This document shows positions 16,560 to 24,706 of a stretch of DNA of 43,476 nt, piece by piece. The notes under the pieces were generated by a model. That model was not told where the DNA came from. It made no database searches and saw only the letters and a list, made by a program, of their open reading frames with translations. The DNA comes from a virus (taxonomy: Duplodnaviria > Caudoviricetes), in the IMG/VR virus record IMGVR_UViG_3300028072_000009, positions 1-43,476 of that record; one strand, 5' to 3'. Position 1 is the first letter of the stretch, and every line of letters starts with the position of its first letter. A program made the position numbers and the translations under genes.

Positions 16560-18808
16560 GGGCTGGCAGCAGGGGCCGCGGCGGCGGCGAAGCCCTGCGC
16601 GATCTTGGCCTCGCTCTCGCGCTGCTGCATGTCGGCCCGCATCTTCTCGATGGCGAGCTCATGCTGCAGCTTCAAGATTTCGAGCTTGTACCTATTCTCC
16701 GCGTCGCGCTGCTCCAGCGCCATGCGGTGCGCCAATTGCTCGCGCTCCAGCTGGATCTCGCTGTTGGTGCGATCGCGCTCGATGGCGATCTCTTGCTGCG
16801 CCTGCTGCCCGCTGACGGCAACTTGCGCTTCCGCCTTCTGCTTGTTGATCTCGGCTTGCGCCTGCGCTTTCATCTGGCCCAACGCCATCTGCCCTTTGAC
16901 CTTCTCCATATCGGGATCCGGCTTCTCGGGTGGCGGCTGCATCCCCTGTGGCGGCGGTTGGCTCGGGTCGGCAAAGAACGATTCCTTAAACCCGGCGCTC
17001 TCCGTCATCTTCTCCAGCGCGGCATAGACATTCTGCGGGTAAACCAGCGGCCCCGTCGGCCCGCCTTGCAGCTGCACGATGCCGTTTTGCAGCTGCAGGA
17101 TTGCCATCAGGTGCTGGGTGATTTGATCCTTGTTCCCGGTGCCCAGCCCCACATTGACGACGACATCGAGCTCCTCTTCCCAGTCGCCGGGGGACATGGT
17201 GAGCGGCTTGCCGGTGACCATGATCACCCGCGCCGTCTGCTGGTGGCGGCGCACCAGGCCCAGGATCCCACGCACGAGCTCCTGCACCGAGCGGCCATAG
17301 ACGCGCGCGATAAGCTCGCAGCGTTGGCTTGCCGCCTGCTGGATCAGCGATACGCCGGTTGCCGTCTTATTCAGATCGTCGGGATTCAGCCCTTGATTGT
17401 GGCGCGCGACGCCGGTCCGCACCTCCTGCGTCTGATCGAGGTACTCGACGAGCGGCTGCGCGCTGGCGGCCACAAACGGGGTGATATGCGGGACGATGCC
17501 GGCGGCGTCGCGAGCCCGGATGATACCGCCCGGCTGGCTGTGCAGGATGTCCGACTGGGTATTTTCGTTGACAGCGTTGTCGCTGACGATGATGCGGGGG
17601 TTGTTCGTTAGATAAATGTTGTCCAGCATTTGTCTCAAGAGCGTGCTCTTGATCCTCTGCAGATCGAGGATGAGATCCGCCAGGCTGTGCCCGCCCGCCA
17701 GTGTATGCGGCATGGGGATAGGACAAAACCAAGTCAGCGGGATCTCCGGCACGGGCTCTACGTCGATCTTGCCGTCCTTCTTCAGCAATACCCGCTGGCC
17801 GTCATTGACAGTCATTACCTTGCAGAGTTCAGCAATGCCGTTCTGGTCATAGTCCATGAGGAGATAGCTCTCCTCGCACCAGACCTGGCGCATGCTCTCG
17901 TCGAGCGGATCGTCGAACAGCGAGGACACCAGCGGTTCCTGCCGCCGCAATGCCTCATCCGAGCCCATAAAGCCGGTGCCCAGGCAATCGCGGATGCTGT
18001 CCTCGTCGTAGCCCTCGGCGAGAAGATCGCTGAAGGTGCGAGCGCGCCGGTGGCAGACAAAGGGCATGTAGCCCCGCCGGCACTTCGGCGAGAACAGGAT
18101 CTCCTCGGGCGGGACGTTTTCCAAGACGACCCGGCTCTCCTCGTAGGTGATCGTCAGATCGCAGTCGTGCAGCGGGCCTTCGACCGGATCGACATACTGC
18201 TTGCTCTCCAGCACTTCGACGCTGCCGCCCTTGGCCGTAAGCTCGGCGATCTTTGCCTGGTACTCCTGCGGCGTCAGGCCCGAGCCAGACCATGCCTCCT
18301 GGCGGGTCTTGACCTGCCACCAGCGCTTGACCCAGCCGATCTTGCTGAGGAGGCCGTCTTTAAAAGCATCGTGGAGGACGGAGAAGCCGTCATTGTCTCG
18401 ATAAAATATCTGCGTAATGTATTGAGTTGCCGTTTCAGCCGCTTGTTCTTCCGCCTCTCCCGGCTTGGTTGCCTCGACAACGGCGATCTGGTCGCTGGCA
18501 ACAAATATCCGCAACAGCGCGGGCAATACCCACTCGACAGCCTCCATGACATTCCGGGAGACGATGCTGCTGTGGCCGGGCCGCTCTGTCCCCAGCGGCT
18601 TGCCCTCGTAATAGCTGAGAGCCGTCGCCCGCTGGGTCGATAGCTCGTCCCCGTCCTGGCCGACAGCATCGCGGAGCTCGCGCCCGATGATGGCGAGGAC
18701 GTCATCCTCGGACATCCTTTCGCGCTTCTTCGTCGGCGCCGCACGGGCACCGGGGAACGGCCCGGAGCCGCGGGCGGGGAGCTCCACGATCTCGGCGCTG
18801 TCAGACAT
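16556..18808 (-). CDS. Portal protein (P22-like)
   Basis: 750 aa; R..ALSYYEG..SSIVSRNVMEAVEWVLPALLRIF..VPPEE..DLQRIKSTLLRQMLDNIYLTNNPR..QGL..NKTATG; long C-terminal coiled coil. Confidence 0.92.
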   Translation of the reverse strand: MSDSAEIVELPARGSGPFPGARAAPTKKRERMSEDDVLAIIGRELRDAVGQDGDELSTQRATALSYYEGKPLGTERPGHSSIVSRNVMEAVEWVLPALLRIFVASDQIAVVEATKPGEAEEQAAETATQYITQIFYRDNDGFSVLHDAFKDGLLSKIGWVKRWWQVKTRQEAWSGSGLTPQEYQAKIAELTAKGGSVEVLESKQYVDPVEGPLHDCDLTITYEESRVVLENVPPEEILFSPKCRRGYMPFVCHRRARTFSDLLAEGYDEDSIRDCLGTGFMGSDEALRRQEPLVSSLFDDPLDESMRQVWCEESYLLMDYDQNGIAELCKVMTVNDGQRVLLKKDGKIDVEPVPEIPLTWFCPIPMPHTLAGGHSLADLILDLQRIKSTLLRQMLDNIYLTNNPRIIVSDNAVNENTQSDILHSQPGGIIRARDAAGIVPHITPFVAASAQPLVEYLDQTQEVRTGVARHNQGLNPDDLNKTATGVSLIQQAASQRCELIARVYGRSVQELVRGILGLVRRHQQTARVIMVTGKPLTMSPGDWEEELDVVVNVGLGTGNKDQITQHLMAILQLQNGIVQLQGGPTGPLVYPQNVYAALEKMTESAGFKESFFADPSQPPPQGMQPPPEKPDPDMEKVKGQMALGQMKAQAQAEINKQKAEAQVAVSGQQAQQEIAIERDRTNSEIQLEREQLAHRMALEQRDAENRYKLEILKLQHELAIEKMRADMQQRESEAKIAQGFAAAAAPAASP

Positions 18809-18811
18809 GGC

Positions 18812-18994
18812 TTAAGCTCGGCGCTGCGTGTTGTTGGTCGGGCTTAGCCGCGGTGTGTCCAGGCGCACCTCAAGCTCGGTGCAACGCGCCATCGCCGTGT
18901 TGAGCATCCTCTCGACCTCCACCATCCGGGCGTGCAAGGCGTCGAGGCGGCCTTCGATCTCCAGGACGCGCCGATACTCGGCAATGCTGCTCAT
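18812..18994 (-). CDS. Small coiled-coil hypothetical protein
   Basis: 60 aa, GGAGG RBS, ATGA overlap. Confidence 0.55.
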   Translation of the reverse strand: MSSIAEYRRVLEIEGRLDALHARMVEVERMLNTAMARCTELEVRLDTPRLSPTNNTQRRA

Positions 18995-19155
18995 GCGGCC
19001 TCCGGCGCATCGGCGTCAGCACCCTCGACGGCGGCATTCTGCTGCGGCGCGCCACCCATCGCATTGATGATCCGGGTCAGCTCGGCAACCTCCGCCCGTG
19101 CCGCAGCAAGCTCGGCTTCGAGCTCGCTGATCCGTTCCTCGGGGTTGGACTGCAT
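18991..19155 (-). CDS. Small coiled-coil hypothetical protein (not in ORF track)
   Basis: MQSNPEERISELEAELAAARAEVAELTRIINAMGG.., 54 aa; TAATG and ATGA overlaps on both sides. Confidence 0.6.
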   Translation of the reverse strand: MQSNPEERISELEAELAAARAEVAELTRIINAMGGAPQQNAAVEGADADAPEAA

Positions 19156-19379
19156 TACTTCCTCTCGGAGGCGGCGCTGGCGGACGGCCTGGCCGCCGCT
19201 TCCGCCGGCTTCGGTGCCGCCGGCTCGACCACCTTCGGCGCATCCGCGGCCCGCATCAGCTTGCCGTCTACCACCACCACCGGCTGGTCGAGCGGCAGGA
19301 TCGGGTTGTCCTCCCCGGAGCGGGTGCCGCCGCTGGTCGAGACGCGCAGGGCTTCGATCAGCTTGGAAATGTCGGACAT
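19155..19379 (-). CDS. Hypothetical protein
   Basis: 74 aa from MSDISKLIEAL; tightly packed in the operon. Confidence 0.55.
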   Translation of the reverse strand: MSDISKLIEALRVSTSGGTRSGEDNPILPLDQPVVVVDGKLMRAADAPKVVEPAAPKPAEAAARPSASAASERK

Positions 19380-19380
19380 G

Positions 19381-19479
19381 TCACTTTCCCTTCTTGCCAA
19401 ATGGCTTCGATTTGCCGCCGCTCTTCTTGCCCCCACCCTTTTTTGGCGGCCGCTTCGGTGGGTCGTCGGTGCCGTGCAT
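19381..19479 (-). CDS. 32-aa Lys/Gly-rich basic peptide (not in ORF track)
   Basis: MHGTDDPPKRPPKKGGGKKSGGKSKPFGKKGK; starts immediately after the upstream stop and ends 1 nt before the next ATG. Confidence 0.55.
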   Translation of the reverse strand: MHGTDDPPKRPPKKGGGKKSGGKSKPFGKKGK

Positions 19480-20451
19480 TCAGGGCGCTCCTTCCAGGGC
19501 AGCGACACGGGCCTGCAGGTCTGCAATGACATCGAGCAGAACCAAGCCGTGCGGGCCATAAAAGATGGCTGCGGTAACGCTGCCGGCGACTGTCAGATTG
19601 TTGCTGATGGTCCCACTGCCGGCGACGCCCAGGTTCCCGTTAGCGTTAATCGCAACCCCCGTTACCGTGCCGGCAGCGTTGATGTTGCCGGTCGAGGTCA
19701 ACTGCTGCCCGGTAATGGTGCCACCCGTCGCGTTGATGGTGCTGGTCGAGGTTATGGCGCCTGCCGTCACCGTGCCGGCAACCGTCACCCCGGCCGCATT
19801 GATCGTCGCAAAGGTGGCGCCGCCGTTGTTCGATTGCAGAGTGTGGGTCTCCGCCCGGTAGTAACTGCCGTACCCGCCGACGGCGCCGCCCAGGACCAAG
19901 GCCGGGTCGATCCCGTCATAGTCAAAAATCGCAATCTGCTTGTTGGTCGTGTCGCGCTCCGCCAGCGCGACGCCGCTCAGATAGTAAGCCGCGGCAGACA
20001 GATTGCCTGTAGCGCTGACGGTCAGGACATTGCCCGCGCCGGTATTGAGTAAATAAGAGGTGCCCCCGGTGGCGTACCACTCCCAATCGGCGGACGACAG
20101 ATTGCGATCGCCATAGGTATAGCCCGAATACGGCCCGCGCGAAGCGACGCTGCCGCCGCCGGCGTTGTAGACCTCCAGCCCGCTGCTGATGTTGCGCAAT
20201 TGCACGCCCGACAGCGACACCCCGCCGGTGCCATTGATCGCGACATTGCCGGTGACCGTGCCGCCGGCGAGCGGGAGGTAGGGCAACGCCAGGGTGCCAT
20301 CGAGGACTTTGTCGTACCAGCGGCGCAGACTACCCATCATCGCGCGCATGCAATTATTAATGCTCGATGGCATCTGGCCTTCCGGAGCTCCTACCGGAGG
20401 GGCGCTGTTATTATTATCGTCTATGGGAGACCAATCAGATACTTCAGCCAT
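19480..20451 (-). CDS. Tail fiber protein
   Basis: N-terminal DWS..DDNN..P.GAPEG..PSSINN..RAMM anchor, YLPLAGGTVTG motif, G/T-rich beta repeats, C-terminal DLQARVAALE coiled coil. Confidence 0.8.
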   Translation of the reverse strand: MAEVSDWSPIDDNNNSAPPVGAPEGQMPSSINNCMRAMMGSLRRWYDKVLDGTLALPYLPLAGGTVTGNVAINGTGGVSLSGVQLRNISSGLEVYNAGGGSVASRGPYSGYTYGDRNLSSADWEWYATGGTSYLLNTGAGNVLTVSATGNLSAAAYYLSGVALAERDTTNKQIAIFDYDGIDPALVLGGAVGGYGSYYRAETHTLQSNNGGATFATINAAGVTVAGTVTAGAITSTSTINATGGTITGQQLTSTGNINAAGTVTGVAINANGNLGVAGSGTISNNLTVAGSVTAAIFYGPHGLVLLDVIADLQARVAALEGAP

Positions 20452-20466
20452 TCCGTTCAATTCCCA

Positions 20467-20495
20467 TTGTGGGATACTTTATCTCGCGGTATAAT
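20467..20495 (+). promoter_or_regulatory. Sigma70-like promoter for HNH 3 (probably leaderless)
   Basis: TTGTGG-17 bp-TATAAT, then 6 nt, then ATG 20502 with no SD sequence. Confidence 0.65.
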
Positions 20496-20501
20496 TGCCG
20501 C

Positions 20502-20878
20502 ATGACAACCGACGATCCGCCCAAATTTATCGAGTTTAATGGCCGCAAGTATCAGCTAGAACCCTGCAAGCGGTACTATACGCGCCAAGCGTGGAGTGCA
20601 GCAGGACCAAGCAGTCTCCACCGTGCCATCTGGGAACATCACTACGGCCCTATTCCCGATTACCATGACATTCACCACAAAGATGAAAATCCGCTAAACA
20701 ACGACATCTCTAACCTCGAATGCGTTGACCGCGGCAAACACCACCGAAATTCTGCCACCCAAACTGTAAACAGGTAAACCAGTACCGACGCCGCGGATTA
20801 CTCAAAGGCGCCAGACCTAACAGGAAAAGAAACTTCCTGCCGCCGCCAAGAGGCTTCCCACCGTCAACAAAATCTTGA
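20502..20878 (+). pseudogene. HNH endonuclease 3, truncated or frameshifted (main ORF 20502-20777)
   Basis: LHRAIWEHHYGPIP..IHHKDENPLNNDISNLEC HNH core; a KFCHPNCKQ zinc-finger-like remnant continues in the -1 frame from about 20747 to TGA 20878. Confidence 0.7.
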
Positions 20879-22185
20879 CGAATCCATAGTCAGGATATTT
20901 GATGGGCTTGGGAGCCGAAGCATTACGCACGCCAGACAAAGACCAATATCGAAAACTGTCTGCGGAATGTGAAGACCAATCGTGATAGGGGCGGTCCAGA
21001 AAGGTCTTTCTCTTCTCGTCCCAGTTTCTTCTATATGACCGGAGCGCGTCAATACCTCTGGCGCAGTTGTCTCTATCGAACCACACCCCAGGCAACGTTT
21101 GCCGCACGGCGTTGATGCCATCTTCGATTCGCTGCGCCGGGATGATGGTGGTGCGCAGGATCCCGAGAGAGTTCATCACTTCCAGCCGCGACTTCCCCGT
21201 CCCGAGCTCCCGCACCTCGGCATCGTGTGGGAGGACATGCTCGCCGTACTTGTATGGGAATTTATCGAGCTCTCGCACGTACCAATCAATGCCGACACCT
21301 GAGTTTTCCAGATACCGGATCGCGCGCGTCTCCGCGCCTACCAGCTGAAAAAACCAGATCGCGGTGGCGTCGCCAATTCCGAGGTCATACGAAAGATGCA
21401 CCGGCAGCCGCGGCTCGTGCGGCACCCGGCAGAGCCGCCCCTCGGCCTCCGCATCATCCATCAGGCGCCCGTAATACGAGCCAGGGATGCCGGCCTGAAA
21501 CGAGCACATGTACTCCTGCAAATAGCGATTCTCGCCATCGTCCGGGCCATATTCCCGCGCCATTTCGCGGCGCTCGACTTCCAGCGCTTTCGTGGTGAAA
21601 ACCCCGGTTTCCGTCGCCGGCAAGATCTCGGCAAACCAGTCGGGATCGTCTTTCGCCGCCTCGTACATGGTGGCCAGGTGGTTGCGCCCGCGCGGGGTGC
21701 TGATGAACACCGCCCAGCCATTGTTTTCCAATAGGATCGGGCGGATATAGCCCCACGCATTCGGGTCCGCCAGCGCCGCCTCCGAAAACACCACCCCGAT
21801 CGGCGGAGATCCTACGAGCGAATCGTAGTTGTCGCTGCCAACCAATTGCCAGGTGCTGCCAGACCGGAATCTTATGAACATCTCGTTCTCGCGCGTCACC
21901 TCGCGCAATTCCGGCGGAAAGGCTTCGTCTATGCGGCGGCGTCCGGTGTGTGAGTTAACGCTGTCCCAGATGGCTTTGCGTGCTTGCGCGGCCTCGGGCA
22001 GCAAATGCCAGTAAGTACCAACCCGCCGGTGCGCAGCTACCGCGGTCCAATGGAGTAAGACATCATCTTTTGCCCGCACGTCTGTGCCATACGGCAACTG
22101 CGCGACGTCCCCCTTTCTCCAGGAAGTTCCACAGCGGCAATTGGTACGGCCGTGGTCTCCATCCGTTCGGCAACCCTATTCGCAT
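20817..22185 (-). CDS. terL: Terminase large subunit with a one-base frameshift at 22068-22071
   Basis: MRIGLPNGWRPRPYQ..AVAVWHRRAGK from ATG 22185, continuing in the +1 frame as DDVLLHW..VVFSEAA..ISTPRGRN..SYDLGIGDATAIWF..HDWSSHSADSFRY; 455 aa if the extra base is removed. Confidence 0.9.
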
Positions 22186-22187
22186 GT

Positions 22188-22613
22188 CTATACCTGCCCC
22201 CAACCTGTGCCCATGTACGCCAGGCTCACCCACGACCAGTTGAACTCGATCGTCAGGCTCGCCGCGCCCTCGATGGTCGATGCCCCCGCGGTGATCGTGA
22301 TCGGCCAGGTCGCCGAGTGCCCCAGCGCATCCTTGATGGTCAGCAGCTGCCCCAGGCTCGGGCTGGTCGGCAGGGTGATCGTGCAGGGCGCCGTGTGCTG
22401 CACCAGCACCAGCCCCGTGGCAGACGACGCCAGCACAGTACTGCCGGTCACCACCTGGGACGCCAGCACGCCGTCCCCCGGCAATCCCGGCGGCCCCTGC
22501 GGCCCCGCTAACCCGACGATCACCTCGACGATCCGCGCCTCGACCGGCGGCAATATCACCTCAACCACCAGCGGATCGCCGCCCTGCACCTCGACCGTGG
22601 TGAGCGCGCTCAC
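22188..22613 (-). CDS. Small structural protein with short collagen-like stretch
   Basis: 141 aa from GTG (GTGA overlap); GLAGPQGPPGLPGDG; TITLP.SP..GQ.LTIKD..G..PITI tail-fiber-type domain. Confidence 0.65.
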   Translation of the reverse strand: MSALTTVEVQGGDPLVVEVILPPVEARIVEVIVGLAGPQGPPGLPGDGVLASQVVTGSTVLASSATGLVLVQHTAPCTITLPTSPSLGQLLTIKDALGHSATWPITITAGASTIEGAASLTIEFNWSWVSLAYMGTGWGQV

Positions 22614-24706
22614 GGGCACACCTTCACCGTGCCCGCGTCGCTCCACAGCGTGCCGCCCGCCAACCCCGCGCAACTCGTCACCATGCCACCGGCAGGGCTC
22701 GTCGCAGACAACCGCCGGAACGGCGTGTTCAGCCGCTGCGGGACGGCCAGCGAATACGTCCAGGACTGCTCCATCCCGCCACCATCGAGCGAGGTTGTAT
22801 AAGCAGCGCTGCCCATCGTGAAATTGATGTTCCAGGTGTAAATGTTGGAAAACTCAAATTTCATGTTCCGGCCGCCGTCGAGAACGACGCCGTACCCCAT
22901 CGGCAACCCGCCGCCAATCGACCCGCCTTTTACTTCGATGAAATAGGGGTTGGCATCGAGGCTTGGTGTGGTAACCCGCAATGCCGCCGAGTTGGCGTAA
23001 GGGCTGACTAACTCCAACTGGTTGATATAGACATCGCGGACGGTCCCCGCCCAAACTAGATCGCCGATCCGCAGGAGATCCGTGCCGGCCGGCAGGTTGG
23101 CCCATTGCAGGCCCTCGATCCGCAATTTGCCGATCCTGATCGCCCGCAACCCACTGGTCGTAGTATCGTTGCGGATCAGAAACCCGATGCCGTGCGGCGC
23201 GTAGATGTTGATATCGTCAATATTTATCTCGTTGGTGGCGTCGCCGCCGCCAATGCTGGCGAACTCGATCGCCGGGATGCCAGGGTTGCCAGCGCTGAAA
23301 CAGCGCAGCCGGCCGATCCGGCTCTCCCGCATTGCGCTCGGGTAACCCGGAATTTTCCGTACCCCGGAGTGCAGGCAGCGGCCATTGATATAATTGATAT
23401 CGACATCGTCGATCTCGACCTGATCGGCACGGTCGTAAAATACCAGGGCGTTCTGCTGTGCCGCCGCCGTCCGGTTCCCCCAGATGCTGAAACCAATGGC
23501 TTTTGGTCCCATGTAGTTGTTGGAAACCTGGGACATCGTACCGCCCAGCCCGTTACCACCGACTAATTGCCAAGCTTCGTCCCAAGCAAACAGGTCGCCT
23601 TGGTAGTTAGCGCCAAGGATCAGATTGGTCTTGAAGTGCCCCTCGCCGACGATGCCGAGCCCACTCATCATTAGGGGCGTCGCGGTGGCGTCGATCAGGT
23701 AGTTTCCGGCGGGGATAAAGACATAAGCCGGTCTGCCGGCACCCCAGCTTGCCGCCGCCGCATCCATCGCGTTCTTGAGCGGCAGGCTGTCGTCATTGCC
23801 GTAAATGAATGCGCCGGTCGCGTTGAAGCTGCCATAAGGCAGGCCACCGCTGCCGAAGGTAGCCCCGGTTGCCCCGGACAGGCTTCCCGCAGTGCTCGCA
23901 ATCGGGTCGGCCGGGATCGCTATGGGGTCGTAATCACCGCGGTTCTCCACCACTACCTGATCGACGCCCATCGTTAGGCTCAGTATCGCGCCCGTGGGGA
24001 CACAGGCCCAGCCTGGCGCATTCTGAACCGGCTCGGCCGCCAGGTTTGTCGGGTTGGCGAAATAATGGTTTTCCCCAAGCAGGCCGACAGCGGTAATCGC
24101 CCCGCCCGAAACCGTCACGGTCTGCTGAAACCTGGTGCCGTTACCGGTCGTGCCCTGCACCCCGCAAGAACCATTGACGCCGCCACTGCCGCCGGCAACA
24201 ACGCTGGTTGCAGTGACCTTGGTGGATACCACTTTAACTGTCGCTGCCGTTGCGAACGTGCCGCCCATTAAGGCCATCACGTCGCCGGGCTGGTAGTTAC
24301 CCGTGCTCCTCGGGGTTATCACCCCGGCCTGACTCAGCCAGCGCCGCGGCGTCGCCACGCTCGCCGGGGCCGCCAAAGTCACCGTGTTGGCGCTCGTCAC
24401 GGCGCTAATGGTCGTGGCTAACGGCGGTTGGAAAATGCCCCCGGCACCGTCTACCTGAATCTTCTTGCCGACATCTGCCTGGGTAAAGACAGCCTGCGTG
24501 CTGGTCAGAACATTGCCGCCAGCCGCGATCGCCGCATCCTGCCTGGTGATAGAGTCCGCCTTGGCGCCGTAATCCTTGATGCTGACCGGATTGCCGGCGC
24601 CGATGTTCTGCCTTGCCTGCGGCAGCTTCGCGTTGCTCGCGTCGGGGTACATGTCGGCCCGCAGCAGGACCAGGGCCGCCAGAGCCCAGCCAAGGCGCCT
24701 GATCAC
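22610..24706 (-). CDS. Tailspike-like pectate-lyase beta-helix protein with signal-peptide-like N-terminus
   Basis: PVSIKDYGAKAD and DDSLPLKNAMDAA..VFIPAGNYLI..IVGEG motifs of Pectate_lyase_3-type spikes; N-terminus MIRRLGWALAALVLLRA. Confidence 0.7.
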   Translation of the reverse strand: MIRRLGWALAALVLLRADMYPDASNAKLPQARQNIGAGNPVSIKDYGAKADSITRQDAAIAAGGNVLTSTQAVFTQADVGKKIQVDGAGGIFQPPLATTISAVTSANTVTLAAPASVATPRRWLSQAGVITPRSTGNYQPGDVMALMGGTFATAATVKVVSTKVTATSVVAGGSGGVNGSCGVQGTTGNGTRFQQTVTVSGGAITAVGLLGENHYFANPTNLAAEPVQNAPGWACVPTGAILSLTMGVDQVVVENRGDYDPIAIPADPIASTAGSLSGATGATFGSGGLPYGSFNATGAFIYGNDDSLPLKNAMDAAAASWGAGRPAYVFIPAGNYLIDATATPLMMSGLGIVGEGHFKTNLILGANYQGDLFAWDEAWQLVGGNGLGGTMSQVSNNYMGPKAIGFSIWGNRTAAAQQNALVFYDRADQVEIDDVDINYINGRCLHSGVRKIPGYPSAMRESRIGRLRCFSAGNPGIPAIEFASIGGGDATNEINIDDINIYAPHGIGFLIRNDTTTSGLRAIRIGKLRIEGLQWANLPAGTDLLRIGDLVWAGTVRDVYINQLELVSPYANSAALRVTTPSLDANPYFIEVKGGSIGGGLPMGYGVVLDGGRNMKFEFSNIYTWNINFTMGSAAYTTSLDGGGMEQSWTYSLAVPQRLNTPFRRLSATSPAGGMVTSCAGLAGGTLWSDAGTVKVCP

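Noticed and set aside
178-18643. Many long plus-strand ORFs opposite the virion genes (e.g. 2115-3311, 16151-17611, 17630-18643)
   Set aside because: Shadow ORFs expected in high-GC DNA, with no recognisable motifs and fully overlapping well-supported genes
19450-20525. TDDPPK shared by the basic peptide and the HNH 3 N-terminus
   Set aside because: Six residues on opposite strands with no extension; probably coincidence
22060-22075. Intron or intein at the terL break
   Set aside because: Only one extra base separates the frames; there is no intervening sequence
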